A DNA stretch of 64,000 nt, taken from NCBI GenBank assembly GCA_951406725.2, contig OX597815.1, forward strand, positions 52,638,001 to 52,702,000. The letters are read 5' to 3'. The notes under the pieces are model-generated. The model searched no databases. It saw nothing but the letters and a program-made list of their open reading frames with translations, and had not been told where the DNA came from. Below are positions 13,307 to 25,820 of the stretch, piece by piece. Positions within the stretch are counted from its first letter, which is position 1. Each line of letters begins with the position of its first letter. Source of the stretch: Octopus vulgaris (Eukaryota). A program made the position numbers and the translations under genes.

Positions 13307-13850
13307 CATATATATATGTATACATATATGCATCCATATGTGTGTGTGTATATATATGTATGTATATACATATATATGTATGTATGTATACATACTTTAT
13401 ATGAACACTAGCTTAACAGCTGCACTCTGTCCAGACTTTTATGCTAGCTCCTGTTGAGGGCTAATTGGGCCTGCAGCTCAACCTAAAGAGGGCTAAATAG
13501 CATGGCTATTATACGTTTATAATGACTACATGCTACAGTGGAGTTTGGAATGCAATCATTCCGACTGTTGGCCAATTTGTCCCAAAGTTCTCATCTCGAC
13601 GCAAAATTAACGAAGCGAATGACATTTATCTCTCCCTAGATCTCTGACGTCATCGGACAAACGCCACCGAGACAGCGTGGATCAACCAAGCTTTACCTGA
13701 TAGAAAATAGTAACCTAAATGAAGGGCAGATTTTCAATCCGGAATCAACCTGATTCCAAAACGGTATAATGTGTTAGTGAAGGACAAGCGTAGAGATACA
13801 TGGGTCCCCAGAAGGACAGATAGAATGCATATATGTATATATGAATATGC

Positions 13851-13962
<112 letters not shown>

Positions 13963-14084
13963 ATGTGTGTATCTCCATTCCAATTGGATTTTAAACTTCA
14001 AGTTTGCTTCAACGGTCTATGAGAACCAGTTATCAGATTCGTATATAAAATACAAATATCCGTAGAATTTATATGAATATTGGT

Positions 14085-14735
14085 TTCAAATTTTGGTACA
14101 AGGCCAGCAAGTTTGGGGTAGTTACTAAGTCGATTATATCGACCTCAGTGCTCAACTGATACTTCTTTTATCGATTCCGATGACGAAAGGCAAAGTCAAC
14201 AGTGGCGTAATTTGAGCTTACAACGAAAAACGGACGAAATACCGCTAAGTATTTCGCCCGGCATTCCAAAAGGATGAAAGGGAAAGTAGACTTCGGCGGA
14301 ATTTGAACTTAGAATGTAAAGACGGGCGGAATGCCTCTAAGCTTTTTACCTGGTGCGGTAACGATTCTGCCAGCTCACCTACATCAATTAATATAAAAAT
14401 TAGTTTTAAATTTTTGTTGAAGGCCAGCAAGTTCGGTGGAGTTGAGGTCAAATCGATTACGTCGACACCAGTGTTGAACTTGTGCTTCTTTCAATGACTC
14501 TGAAAGGATGAAATTTGAACTCAGAACGTAAAGATGGAAGAAATGCCACTAATCCTTTCGCCCGGCGTGCTAACGATTCTACCGGCTTGCGCCGGGAAAA
14601 ACGCTTATTTTATCGACCCAAAAGATGAAAAGCAAAGTCCACTTCGGCGGAATTTGAACTCAGGACGTAAAGAAGGACGGAATACTACTTAGCATTTTGT
14701 CCAGCGTGCTATAGATTCTGTCAGCTTACCGCCTT
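14085..14735 (-). mobile_element. Tandem cluster of about four SINE family B copies or fragments
   Basis: Repeated CGGCGGAATTTGAACTCAGAACGTAAAGA..CG...AACGATTCTGCCAGCT on the minus strand. Confidence 0.85.
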
Positions 14736-15137
14736 GATACTAATAATAATTAATAATCACGATATTTTGCACGTTACATTTTTTTGTGAAAAGAAAGATT
14801 TAACCCAGCATCACAAGATTTACTGCTGTTTCTGTCACAACATTCATTAATGACAATCTAGAGAGATTAGCTGTAGTAACAACTTTGACTTCATGGATTG
14901 TGCATACTAAATATCGTGTTGAGTCAATTAGAGTCTTTCTACCGAGAAGAAACAGCAGGATTTCACCGTTGAATCACATCTGCCAATTTAAAAAAAACCC
15001 CAGAAAAACGACACGAATATGTTGGACAATGTAGTCGAGATTATACAAAACGAAAGCGGTAGCCATGGTTGGAAACAATTGGGTCATAGTTATATAAGGT
15101 CAGAGTCAACTTCAGCCGTACACAAATTCTGGACCTT

Positions 15138-15280
<143 letters not shown>

Positions 15281-16189
15281 CATATATCATTAAAAAGTTT
15301 CTGAAAGAGATTAAAGGAACTTTAGCCAAATTTAGACCCTAAGACTGCGTAAATTAAACTGTTTTTCTTTTCTTTCCCCGTTTGCGTAAATAAGTCATGA
15401 GATACAATAGTTGTGTGATTAACGTGCTAGTTCAATCACTATACTATATATACCATAAACTTCAAGCCTTATTACAACATACAATAGCATTTCGTGTTTT
15501 ATCTCAAATATTTACCTCACAAGCAGTCTCTGAACTCAATATTTGACAATATGCTTTATAGCATTAAAAAGAGCATCGTACTATAGAAAGCTTTTTTTTG
15601 TTTTACTGTATACAAATTTGTAAATTTGTGAACAGATAAATATATAAATAAATACATAAATAAATAAAAACAAGAAATATGAAATAAAAAATTCCCTAAT
15701 GCTAGCATGGAAAGCAGTAAAATGGATGTCTGCTGTTATTATGAATTTTTCTGATGATAGTAGTTATGGCTTTAGTGTGTGGATATTGTCTCGTAACTGC
15801 AATAGAAAAACCATTTAAAAAACAAAAAAAAATACAATAGAAATAACAAATCAAATATAAGTCTCTGCTACATTGTATGATGGCATTAATTCTCTGACTA
15901 AAAGCCTATTACACAATAAGCTTTTAGTGCTACCAATGGCTCATGTCACCATGTCAGCAAGTAATTGCTTTGTACGTTGTCAATCGTTTTCTCTCTCTAA
16001 CATCCACATACACACTCGTCTGATATGCATGTATACATACATACACACACATACATACATGCATGCATACATACATACATACATACATACATACATACAT
16101 ACATACATACGTACGTGTGTGTGTCTGTATATGGATATATATACATATATGCATATAAATACATGCATACATACATACATATATATATA

Positions 16190-16234
<45 letters not shown>

Positions 16235-16899
16235 GTATATATATATATGTATGTATATATATATGCGAATGCATACATGAATGCAAGACAAACGCACCAA
16301 AGTACACACATACCTATACACACGTGCACTCATATTCATGATGCGTATATATATGTGTGCATGCATTTTATTTATTTATTCGGGTTTTTCAAATTTCGCC
16401 AAGAAAATAAACCATTAAAAAGAAGAAAAATTTATCTTCCTTCTTTACAGAAGTGAACGATAAACCCGAATATATTGAAAAAAAGGAATTAAGAGTAAGT
16501 TAATTTCACACAGTCTTAAAACACTAGCAACTAGCTTTATGTTCAAGAATGTCACCACTTCTCTCTGCGGAGTTAAACCTGAAAAAAAGATAAGACTGTC
16601 ACTGTAATGATAAGAGTTTAATATACTGACGAACCGCTATGACTTATCGGCAAAGAGAATGACAGAAATCAAAACAGTATAATCTTCATAGATTCAGTCA
16701 CTTTTATTCAAAACATTTTTTCTGAAGCTATACAGTGACTAAATAAAAATATGTTTTGAATTGAACTTTAATGTCAAATGATCTGATCTCCATGAGTAGT
16801 CAAATATAATTTTTCTTCAAGTTTATAGTTAAAAATTGCATTGAAGAAATCTTACAGTTTGAAATTCCTATAAAATGGCATAGTAAAACATTTTCAGAA

Positions 16900-17645
16900 A
16901 GGATGACGGATTAACAGAATCAATGGCAGGACTGTAATTACCGTATTTAGTTATGGCCCCTTACCTTCTGAGTTTAAATCCCTGCTCGGTTTTGGTTTTC
17001 ATGTTTTCAGGCCCGGAAAAATAAAATCCAGTCAAGTAATATAATCGATTATACACTTTCAATTTCGATGCCTTTATAAGAAGTCAATATTATAAGATCG
17101 AATAGATAAAAAATAATCTAACCATCTCATTATTTTTATTTCCATCCTTTCGGAATTGAGAAAATAAGTATCAGTGGAGCACTGGAGTCAATGATATCGA
17201 CTTACTCCTTCCCTTAAAAATGCTGGCTTTGAGTCAGAATTAAAATCGATTATGATTATTATTGTTAAGGCAGAATCGTTATCACGCCAGGCTAAATGTT
17301 TAGCGAAATTTCTCCCGGCTTTACGTTCTCAATTCAAATTCCGTCGCGGTCGACCTTGCTTTTCATCCTTTCGGGGTTGATGAAATAAGTACTAATTGAG
17401 GAGCGAGGTCGATGTAATCGACCAGTTCTTCCACTAGATTCCAGGTCTTGTGCCTGTAGTAAAAAGTTTATTGTTGCTAAGACTGCGAGCTAGCTGAATC
17501 GTTAGCATGCTGGACAAAATTCTTAGCGGGATTTCGTCCAGTTCTTTACTTTCTCTGTTCAAATGACGTCGAGGTAAATTTTGTCTTTCCTCATTTCGGG
17601 GGTCGAGGTAATCGACAAACAACCATCCTCTAAAGTTCAGGCCTT
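16900..17645 (+). mobile_element. Tandem cluster of about four SINE family B copies or fragments
   Basis: GCAGAATCGTTA...TTCAAATTCCG..GGTCGAC.TTGC.TTTCATCCTTTCGGGG repeated. Confidence 0.8.
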
Positions 17646-17660
17646 TTCCCAAAATTTAGG

Positions 17661-17708
17661 ATTATTATTATTATTATTATTATTGCTACCCTTGTGGCTA
17701 AAATTTGA

Positions 17709-17801
<93 letters not shown>

Positions 17802-17868
17802 GATGATGATGATGATGATGATGATAATAATAATAATAATAATAATAATAATTATTATAATTATAATA

Positions 17869-17906
<38 letters not shown>
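17661..17906. repeat. (ATT)/(ATA)/(ATG) compound microsatellite
   Basis: Direct. Confidence 0.95.
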
Positions 17907-19157
17907 CCTTATTTCATTTAATAATCACCCCACCCCCAAAACAACAAAATATAACATTGTGTGTCCTGGTATGAGCTCAGAAAGGAAAGTGAGGTCTCCG
18001 TTTATTTTCATCAAGCAATTCGTGAAAAAATCATCTAAGCAGCGTTTCAGTAAATACGTACACAAAGGTAAACAACAATAACGACTACAACTGCAACAAT
18101 TCTTTTTTTGGCCATAAGGGTTGAATACTTTAGAAACACTACAAGGGGGAAAACAACGCAATTCATTGGAGGTGGGGAGGCGTGAACCGATTGAAAAAGC
18201 AAAGCCAACAAAAGTCAAATGAAATGTCAGCAACAGATTCCCAACAGAGAGAGAAAAAACACAGCTTGAGTAATTCAAGAGAAAGAAGCATCAAAAGTTC
18301 CCTTTTGCGCTTTCTTACATTTTGTTTATAAATCAAGTTAGTGCCATCTGGTATCGTGAACCTTACTGCGTTCACCTGGCTTTCATAAAGGCACCTTAAT
18401 CGCATTGTCCACAATCTTTCTCGCCTATCTTGCCTCCCTAGATGTTGAGTTGCTAGTCCATTCCTAGTCCATCGACTTGTTTCGATTAATGCGGTTCCTC
18501 TAACCTCCTGATTATTCTCGAACATGGTGCCGACCACCTCAGTTTACGAAGTGTCCAATGCGTGATGATAATACCGTTCACATACATATGCAGACATCTT
18601 CCGAGCGGGATACCTCTCATCACTTTCACTCTCTGTAACAATGGTTCAAACTCATACTAACGAGATTAGGTGGCAGCAGTTCTTGCTGGACCGAGTACGG
18701 GTTTCTAAAAATTGTCTCGAGAAGTGATCCTTTATTTTGACCACAAAAAATACTGCTGTATGATACAGGGACCCACTGCAAACAAGGCTACGATAAGTGG
18801 AAAGGAATTGGGAAATATGTCAAAAGCTGCAGCAGACTAGAACGCCCTTGGAATTGACAATGTTTCAAATTTATGGTTTATTCACTTAACCAGTGCACAA
18901 AAATCTGTGATAACCGTATTCAATGAATTAGTAAGCAGTCTGAAATACACGCCTGAATGATTACCAAAGAAGTAAAAAACCAATATTTATTTAATAGTAT
19001 AAATCATCAGAGCCCCTCCGCAATCTTGTCTATCATACTACTTCTTCTTCTGTAGTTTCTGAACTGGAGGCTACAGAAAAGATTCGATTGATTCAAGATA
19101 ACACCATTTTTCTCAAAGATAGGAGCTATGAAATGACTTTAACAAAAGGTAACCATA

Positions 19158-19573
19158 GGCGCAGGAGTGGCTGTGTGGTAAGTAGCTTGCTAACCAACCA
19201 CATGGTTCCGGGTTCAGTCCCACCGCGTGGCATCTTGGGCGAGTGTCTTCTGCTATAGCCCCGGGCCGACCAAAGCCTTGTGAGTGGATTTGGTAGACGG
19301 AAACTGAAAGAAGCCTGTTGTATATATGTAGATATATATATGTGTGTGTGTGTGTTTGTGTGTCTGTGTTTGTCCCCCTAGCATTGCTTGACAACCGATG
19401 CTGGTGTGTTTACGTCCCCGTTACTTAGCGGTTCGGCAAAAAAGAGACCGATAGAATAAGTACTGGGCTTACAAAGAATAAGTCCCGGGGTCGATTTGCT
19501 CGACTAAATGCGGTGCTCCAGCATGGCCACAGTCAAATGACTGAAACAAGTAAAAGAGTAAAGAGAAAAGAGA
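19158..19573 (+). mobile_element. SINE family A, full length (tRNA-like head, internal TA/TG tract, AAAGAG tail)
   Basis: GGCGCAGGAGTGGCTGTGTGGTAAG (A box), GGTTCAGTCCC (B box); at least 8 copies in the window. Confidence 0.92.
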
Positions 19574-19799
19574 GATGTACTAATCAGATAAAAATCACTG
19601 CTGATGTCACATCCTCAGCACACGCCTGAGCATAATTAACCACTGTATCTTGAACACACTGCACAGACGCTATTGGCAGTACATGGACTTCCTTATCAAT
19701 AGAACTTTTTCCTTCCATTGGAACCTAAAGAGCAGATATGACAATCATGTCAGATGCATAATTTTGGTTATAAATGATGTACTTTCAAATTAATTTTCG

Positions 19800-20411
19800 T
19801 TAAATTACTTTATATATCATTTTGAAGCTCCCTTTTCGATCTATCTAATCGTGTTACTCTTTTTCTTTTTGAATAATTAGGCCATTTTTTCCGGAACGTT
19901 GAATACAACATGGACAAAAAGCAAATTCGCACAATTTTCTTATTCCAGTTCAAGTTAGGCAGAAAAGCAGCTGAAATAGTTCGCGATATCAGCGACGCGT
20001 TTGGCCAATGAACCACTAATGAACGTACATCACAATGGTGGTTCAAGAAATTTCGTAGCGGTGATAAGCGTTGCAGAAGTTGAACGAATTGAGCTATGAA
20101 ACTTTGCCTCATCCGCCATACTCACCAAACCTCTTGATTACCGACTACCATTTTTTCAAGCATCTCGACAACTTCCTGCGTGAGAAATGCTTCAAAAATC
20201 GAGACGATACCAAACACGCCTCCAACGACTTCACCGCCACCAGAATGCAGGATTGTTATGCTACTGGCATAAATAAACTTGTTTCGTATTGGCAAAAAGT
20301 GTGTTGAATCTGATGGTGTTTATTTCAATTAATAAAGTTTTGTTTGAGCCGAGATATGTGCATCTGAATTTAAAGGTTAAAATCCGCAAGAACTTTCTTG
20401 ACGACCTAATA
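19800..20411 (+). mobile_element. Mariner (Hsmar1/cecropia-like) internally deleted relic
   Basis: ATG 19910: MDKKQIRTIFLFQFKLGRKAAE..WWFKKFRSGD fused directly to LQKLNEL.YETLPHPPYSPNL..TDYHFF; right TIR AAGAACTTTCTTGACGACCTAA|TA; left TIR not found. Confidence 0.88.
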
Positions 20412-21760
20412 AAACAATACACTGCATCTGTTTGCCAGCATTTGTAAATGTGTTGGACTATAAGTCTTCGACAACGAGACAAATGATATTGTTGGGATTC
20501 TGTGTGCGTTGCAGCTGCATTGTACCAGATATGTGAGAGGTATTATAAAATGGGTTACAATTTTGGGGGCTTTGCAGTGAGTGCAGTTTTAATAATGTTA
20601 CAGATGTGTGGACGCTATCACAGTTAATCTGTGAATATATGGTTCAGAGTTTACGCTGACTTTAAGAGGAAGACTTATATCTGTATCACTTGTTTACCAC
20701 AAAATAATTTCTTAAATTTTCTGTCCAGAGTTTTACTGTAATATCTGAACTTAATAAACATTTAGGCATCAAGGGTATAATGCTTTAGAAGCGTATTGCT
20801 TCTTAACAGTTAGAAGTTTTTTCAGTAAGGCTAGTTTTGTGGAGCCACTGTAAGTTCAATTAAATTAAGCCTATAAAGTACATGTTCTTATTGATCTTGA
20901 AAGTGAAAAAAAAAGCAAAACTAACATCGGCGCGATTTAAAATAGGGTAAAGCTAAATGCCATCGTTTATCTAATAAAGTAATTTTATTGTTTTTGCTAG
21001 TTTATTGACCATATTAATGAATTCTCATATTAGCAAACATTCCCAAAACTTCAGTTATTTCATTAAACCCCAAATACAAAAGAGGACACTCGGTAACAGC
21101 TTGAACCTGGAACAGTGGGAGATGAAATTAAACGACATAAAGCTCTTTCTTTCCAAAATGCTTTCGCTGTTTCTGCCAATTCTGTAGTCTTATTGACTCT
21201 TCTTATCGTAATGAGTTCTTTTGACTTGGCACAACGCCTGGTTTGTGGTATAGATGAGATATTGCCTATTCAAGCAATACCACTAGATTTATAGCTCTTA
21301 TTTAACTCAACCTAGCTGCTGCATGGATCTGAAAGGAAAACTAGCAAAATTTGTTCAGGGGATGGGCTGGAGGTTAAGATCAGCTAGTGGGAATAATAAC
21401 AGCAGGTTTTAGCAATCTGGCAACAGTGAACAGGTATTGGAAAACTGTTAAATCTTTTTTGTTAAAATAACTATTTAGAGACTTGACATTTAAGAATTGT
21501 TTATGATGTTCTGCAGAGAAAGAAAATAACGAAAATGCATAATTTAGTATTCTTGACATAAGAGAATAGAATAAGGCAACTGCAAAAGAGTTCTCGAATT
21601 TATCAAGGTAACTCAAAAGGTGTTCAATGGTGGTAGTGATTTACAAGTGGAAATAATTTAGAGTTCGACGATCTCTGAGAATTTGAGATAAAAATTCCCA
21701 ATGAGATTTATAGCAGTAGGAGGAAAATTTTTAGTGGAGATGAATTCAAGCACACAAACA

Positions 21761-21801
<41 letters not shown>

Positions 21802-23597
21802 GTGTGTGTGTGTGTGTGCGTGTGTGTGTGCGTGTATGTCTGCAAGCGAATATGTTTTTTCTGTGTATATATATATATAATACCGAAACAAATATTTTTT
21901 CGCTTCCCATTTTTCCTCTCATCTCTTTCTGTCGAAGAGCGTGGGCTCGAAAGGTCAAGGACTTCTTCATTTTTCCCGAGCGCCAAACTAATAATAAACG
22001 TGCTTGTTGTTCCTTCACCTGTTTCTGTCATTTGTTTTCAGCGCACCTGAAACACACATACACGCACGTTTAAGTATATAGGTATGTCTCTCTCTCTATA
22101 TATAAATCTATATAAATATATGTGTGTATGTGTGTGCGCGTGTGTGTGTATATAAGCATGTACGTACACTGGCGAAAATAAAATTAAAACCAATGATAAA
22201 ACTTCTATTTCTTACAAAATATTTTGTTACTGACACCATACAAATTATTTTTATCTTTTACACCTTATGCAGAATTTATTTCTCTTTCGAATGATGCTGA
22301 CAATAACTATTTTTATACAACTTGAAGAATTTTAATGCTAAATTAATATAAACGTTTTAAATTTACCGGCAAAATTAGTTTAAAACCATGTAATATGTAT
22401 GCAATTTTATTTGCCAAAATGGGTGGTCACACAACTAGTCTAACTGCTCTATATAGTTTTATAATTTAACGTTCTTATACAATTGAATAATAATGGGAAA
22501 ACAACGTAGCCTCAGTCCAGTCACGAGAGCAAAAATGGTATTACTCCACCAGCAAAAGGTTTCCTTTTCGAACATCAGCAAGCAACTAAAGTGCAGTAAA
22601 ACGGCTTGCATGCAAGCGTGGAAGTTATACTCGGAGACTGGTCAATATAAAGATCGGCAAAGGACTGGCGCCCCAAGAAAAACGACGGCGCAGTTGGACC
22701 GTCGAATCCACCGACTTTCGGAAGGTAACTGAGTGCTGACAGCCGTTGACATTTGTAAACAATTGTCCAACGAGAATGGTGTCATCTTTACACCACAAAC
22801 CACCCGCAACCGTTTGAGAGAATTTGGACTACATGGACGAATCGCTAGGAAAAAGCCAACAGTATCTGAGAGAAATCGACTCAAACGCCTTAATTTCGCA
22901 AAGAAACCATGCCCAACGGACTGCCGAAGATTGGTGCTGGGTCCTTTGGAGTAACGAGTCACGCTTCTGTATATTTTGATCAGATGACAAAACATACGTC
23001 AGACGAAGCCCAACCGAAGATTTCCATCCAAAATGTGTGAAAAAGACGGCGCAAGCGATGTTGGGGGTGTGATGGTGTGGGCGGCATTTAGTAGCTTTGG
23101 TGTTGGCCCTCTAGTTAAAGTTGATGGAAAGCTAAATAGCGTAGGTTATATGAATCTACTAAAGGATAATGTTGTGCTATATTTGACTCACCAAATGCCT
23201 CCGGGGGCTATTTATCAGCAGAACAATAGTCCTGTGCACAAAGCCAAATAGGGTATGGAATTTTTTGATCACCATAATATTGACGTAATCAAATGACCTC
23301 CCCAGAACCCGGAGCTGAATCCGATCGAGAATTGTGGAATTATGTTTCCAAGAAAGTCCATGCTAAAAAACTATGTAATCTAAAACAATTATATCAATTA
23401 TTAAATCTCAAAATGAGATGTAAACAGTAATCGCTCGATAATGTAAAGTATAGAAGCCATCTTGATATGGCTAACCACATAGGGGAGGGGGTGTTACTGT
23501 AGCTCTATAGCCCCAGGAGATCGTCGTCTCCAGTTGGCTTTAGACACCATTTCAGCGCCCTTGAAGTATCTGCAAAGGGAGGCCATCCTTTTCTCGA

Positions 23598-24597
23598 GAC
23601 CGGCTTCCTTAGTGAATTTTAAACCCGGTTGCATCAAAAGACGGAATCTGACTTTATGGCAAAAGGAGTGCCGACAGGCACTCACGCTGATCCACAAGGC
23701 GGGCAAGGCCGGCTGCGGAAATACCACCTCGGTATTTTATAGCAGGCTGGTAGAGGCAAAGAACGACGACGTCCTAGGAGGGGCTCTGGGGTTCGACGAA
23801 GACCAGCTTACCAACCTGTTTAAAAAGACTTTCAGGACGGGGTATTTGGATAATTTCCAAAGATCCCTGGCCTGGCAGTGTTATAGGAATGCTTTACCTG
23901 TTCGCGAGAAGTTATCGCGGCACGGAATTTCAGTGCCACCGACATGTCCAAGATGCGGGTTGGACGATGAAACCGTCCAGCACGCTTTTGTACACTGTCG
24001 TCAGTTGTCAGACTTGATAAGTTACGCAGAACACGTGTTATCGCATCTGGGACGAGTACAGCTGTAGGCTGAGTCTATGATTAAGATGATACCGCCAACT
24101 GGACTCTCGAAGGAAGGTGAGGCATGTTTTCACTGCACGGTTGCAGTAGTAAAAGAATGCATGTGGCGTACAAGAATGGAAGGAGTCGCAATAGGATCCT
24201 TTGTCTCAGGCCCCAGCTTGCTCACTTACTTCAGATATCATCTGAAGAGCAAAATGGGGTTGGAAAAGAAGACCTTACCACGAGGTGTGTATGAAAAAAG
24301 ATGGAAGGAAGAGGCGAAAAAGGTGGGAGTCAGAAACCCAGTTTAACTATGGATGGAGAAGAGGAAAGGAAAGCTGCGGGGCCTTATAGGTTGCCGGGGT
24401 TTAAAATATATCGGTAAGATTTCAATCTAATGTAATGTTATATTAGTCAATGCAAAGGACAATTTAAATACGGTTTTTTGTATAATGAATAATCCATATA
24501 TTTTGGAAATTTTTAAACGAACCACTTAACTCTTTTTTGTATGTATGTCCTGTATTGTTCTTCTATGTACTGATTTTATAATCGTAATAAAGAATTA
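23598..24597 (+). mobile_element. Tx1/L1-clade LINE 3' end (zf-RVT-like region, 3'UTR, AATAAA)
   Basis: FQRSLAWQCYRNALPVREKLSRHG..TCPRCGLDDETVQHAFVHC; one in-frame stop at 24065-67; homologous to 57265-58080. Confidence 0.88.
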
Positions 24598-24612
24598 ATC
24601 GCGACAGAAATT

Positions 24613-24659
24613 ACCGCCCGTTGATAAGGGACAATAATCCCGAAACTAGTCCGAGCGTA
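24613..24659 (+). ncRNA. Minimal type I hammerhead ribozyme motif, U3:A8 core variant
   Basis: Stem I CGCCCG/CGAGCG (5 of 6 paired); core TTGATAA; stem II GGGA-CAATAA-TCCC; GAAA; palindromic ACTAGT; GUC cleavage site after 24651. Confidence 0.7.
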
Positions 24660-25460
24660 TCACTCAGGCTTGCGAGAAAGGGATGGCCTCCCTTTGCAAA
24701 TACTTCAAGGGCACTGAAACCGTGTCTAAAGCCAGCTGGAGACGACGATCTCCTGGGGCTATAGAGCTACAGTAACACCCCCTCCCCTATGTGGTTAGCC
24801 ATATTAAGATGTCTTCTATACTTTAAATTATATCAATGAAATATGGCAAAACATTCCCATAGAATTTTGCAATCACTAAGCGAATTCAATGCCGAGGCAT
24901 TGTTCAGCCGTTATTAAGAATAAAGGCTACGGCACAATGTACTAATATGCATTTCGTTCTTGTTGCTCATTTTTGCTACAATGTTAAGCTTTAAATAAAA
25001 TTATAATGAAATTTGAAACGTTTATAATAATTTAGCATTAGAATTCTTCAAATTGTATAAAATAGTTATTGTCTGCATCATTCGAAAGAGAAATAAATTC
25101 TGCATAGGGTGTAAAAGATAAAAATGACCATCCCGAAATACAACAATATCTGGATGAAGGGTCGTTTTTTATGTTTTCCATTCGTTTCTTTCGTTTTTTG
25201 CGTACCCAACATTATTTTCGTATTTCATGCTTGTTTACGTTTTTGTGACGTCTTGTACCGATATATGCATAGCTATATACATATATACGTATGTATGTAC
25301 ATATATGTGTCTATATATGCATATATATAATCTCACTGAAAATATGTAACGGACCAACAGAAATCGGACAACGAGTGGAAAAGCCATAGAATAAGGTAAC
25401 AGATATACCTTGATTATGTTTTCGAATTTTGGCTAGCGCCTCAATTCTCCTCATTATTAT

Positions 25461-25563
<103 letters not shown>

Positions 25564-25720
25564 GGCAAATCTAAATAATTGAGAATAACAACGAAAATAA
25601 CATTAGTGGCAGCAAACGATATTAGCATTGAGTGAGATTAAGTATTTAAGTTGTGGGTTTTTACTTCCATTCTCTAGTAAGGTGTTGCTTTGTATACTTC
25701 TAATTTAATTAAGAATATAT

Positions 25721-25755
<35 letters not shown>

Positions 25756-25820
25756 TGTATGTGTGTATGTATATATATTCTTAATTATATTAGAGGGTAC
25801 ACGAATCAACAGCTTATACA

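Larger units (their letters stand above)
23399..24825. mobile_element. Composite insertion with ~159-bp terminal inverted arms and a 12-bp TSD
   Basis: TSD AATTATATCAAT at 23387-98 and 24826-37; 23438-23596 is the reverse complement of 24673-24831. Confidence 0.85.
22167..25125 (+). mobile_element. Tc1-type DNA transposon with long IR/DR-like TIRs; transposase pseudogene interrupted by the insertion 23399-24825
   Basis: TA|CACT start; 22247-22364 is inverted at 25009-25125; MGKQRSLS..TGAPRKTT..GLHGRIARKKP..VLWSNESRF..GGVMVW..QQNNSPVH..ELNPIEN; resumes at 24838 as EIWQNIP..SMPRHCSAVIKNKGYGTMY*. Confidence 0.93.

Noticed and set aside
16626-16660. CTGACGA-ACCG...CGG as a hammerhead
   Set aside because: Followed by CAAA rather than GAAA; no stem I or stem III.
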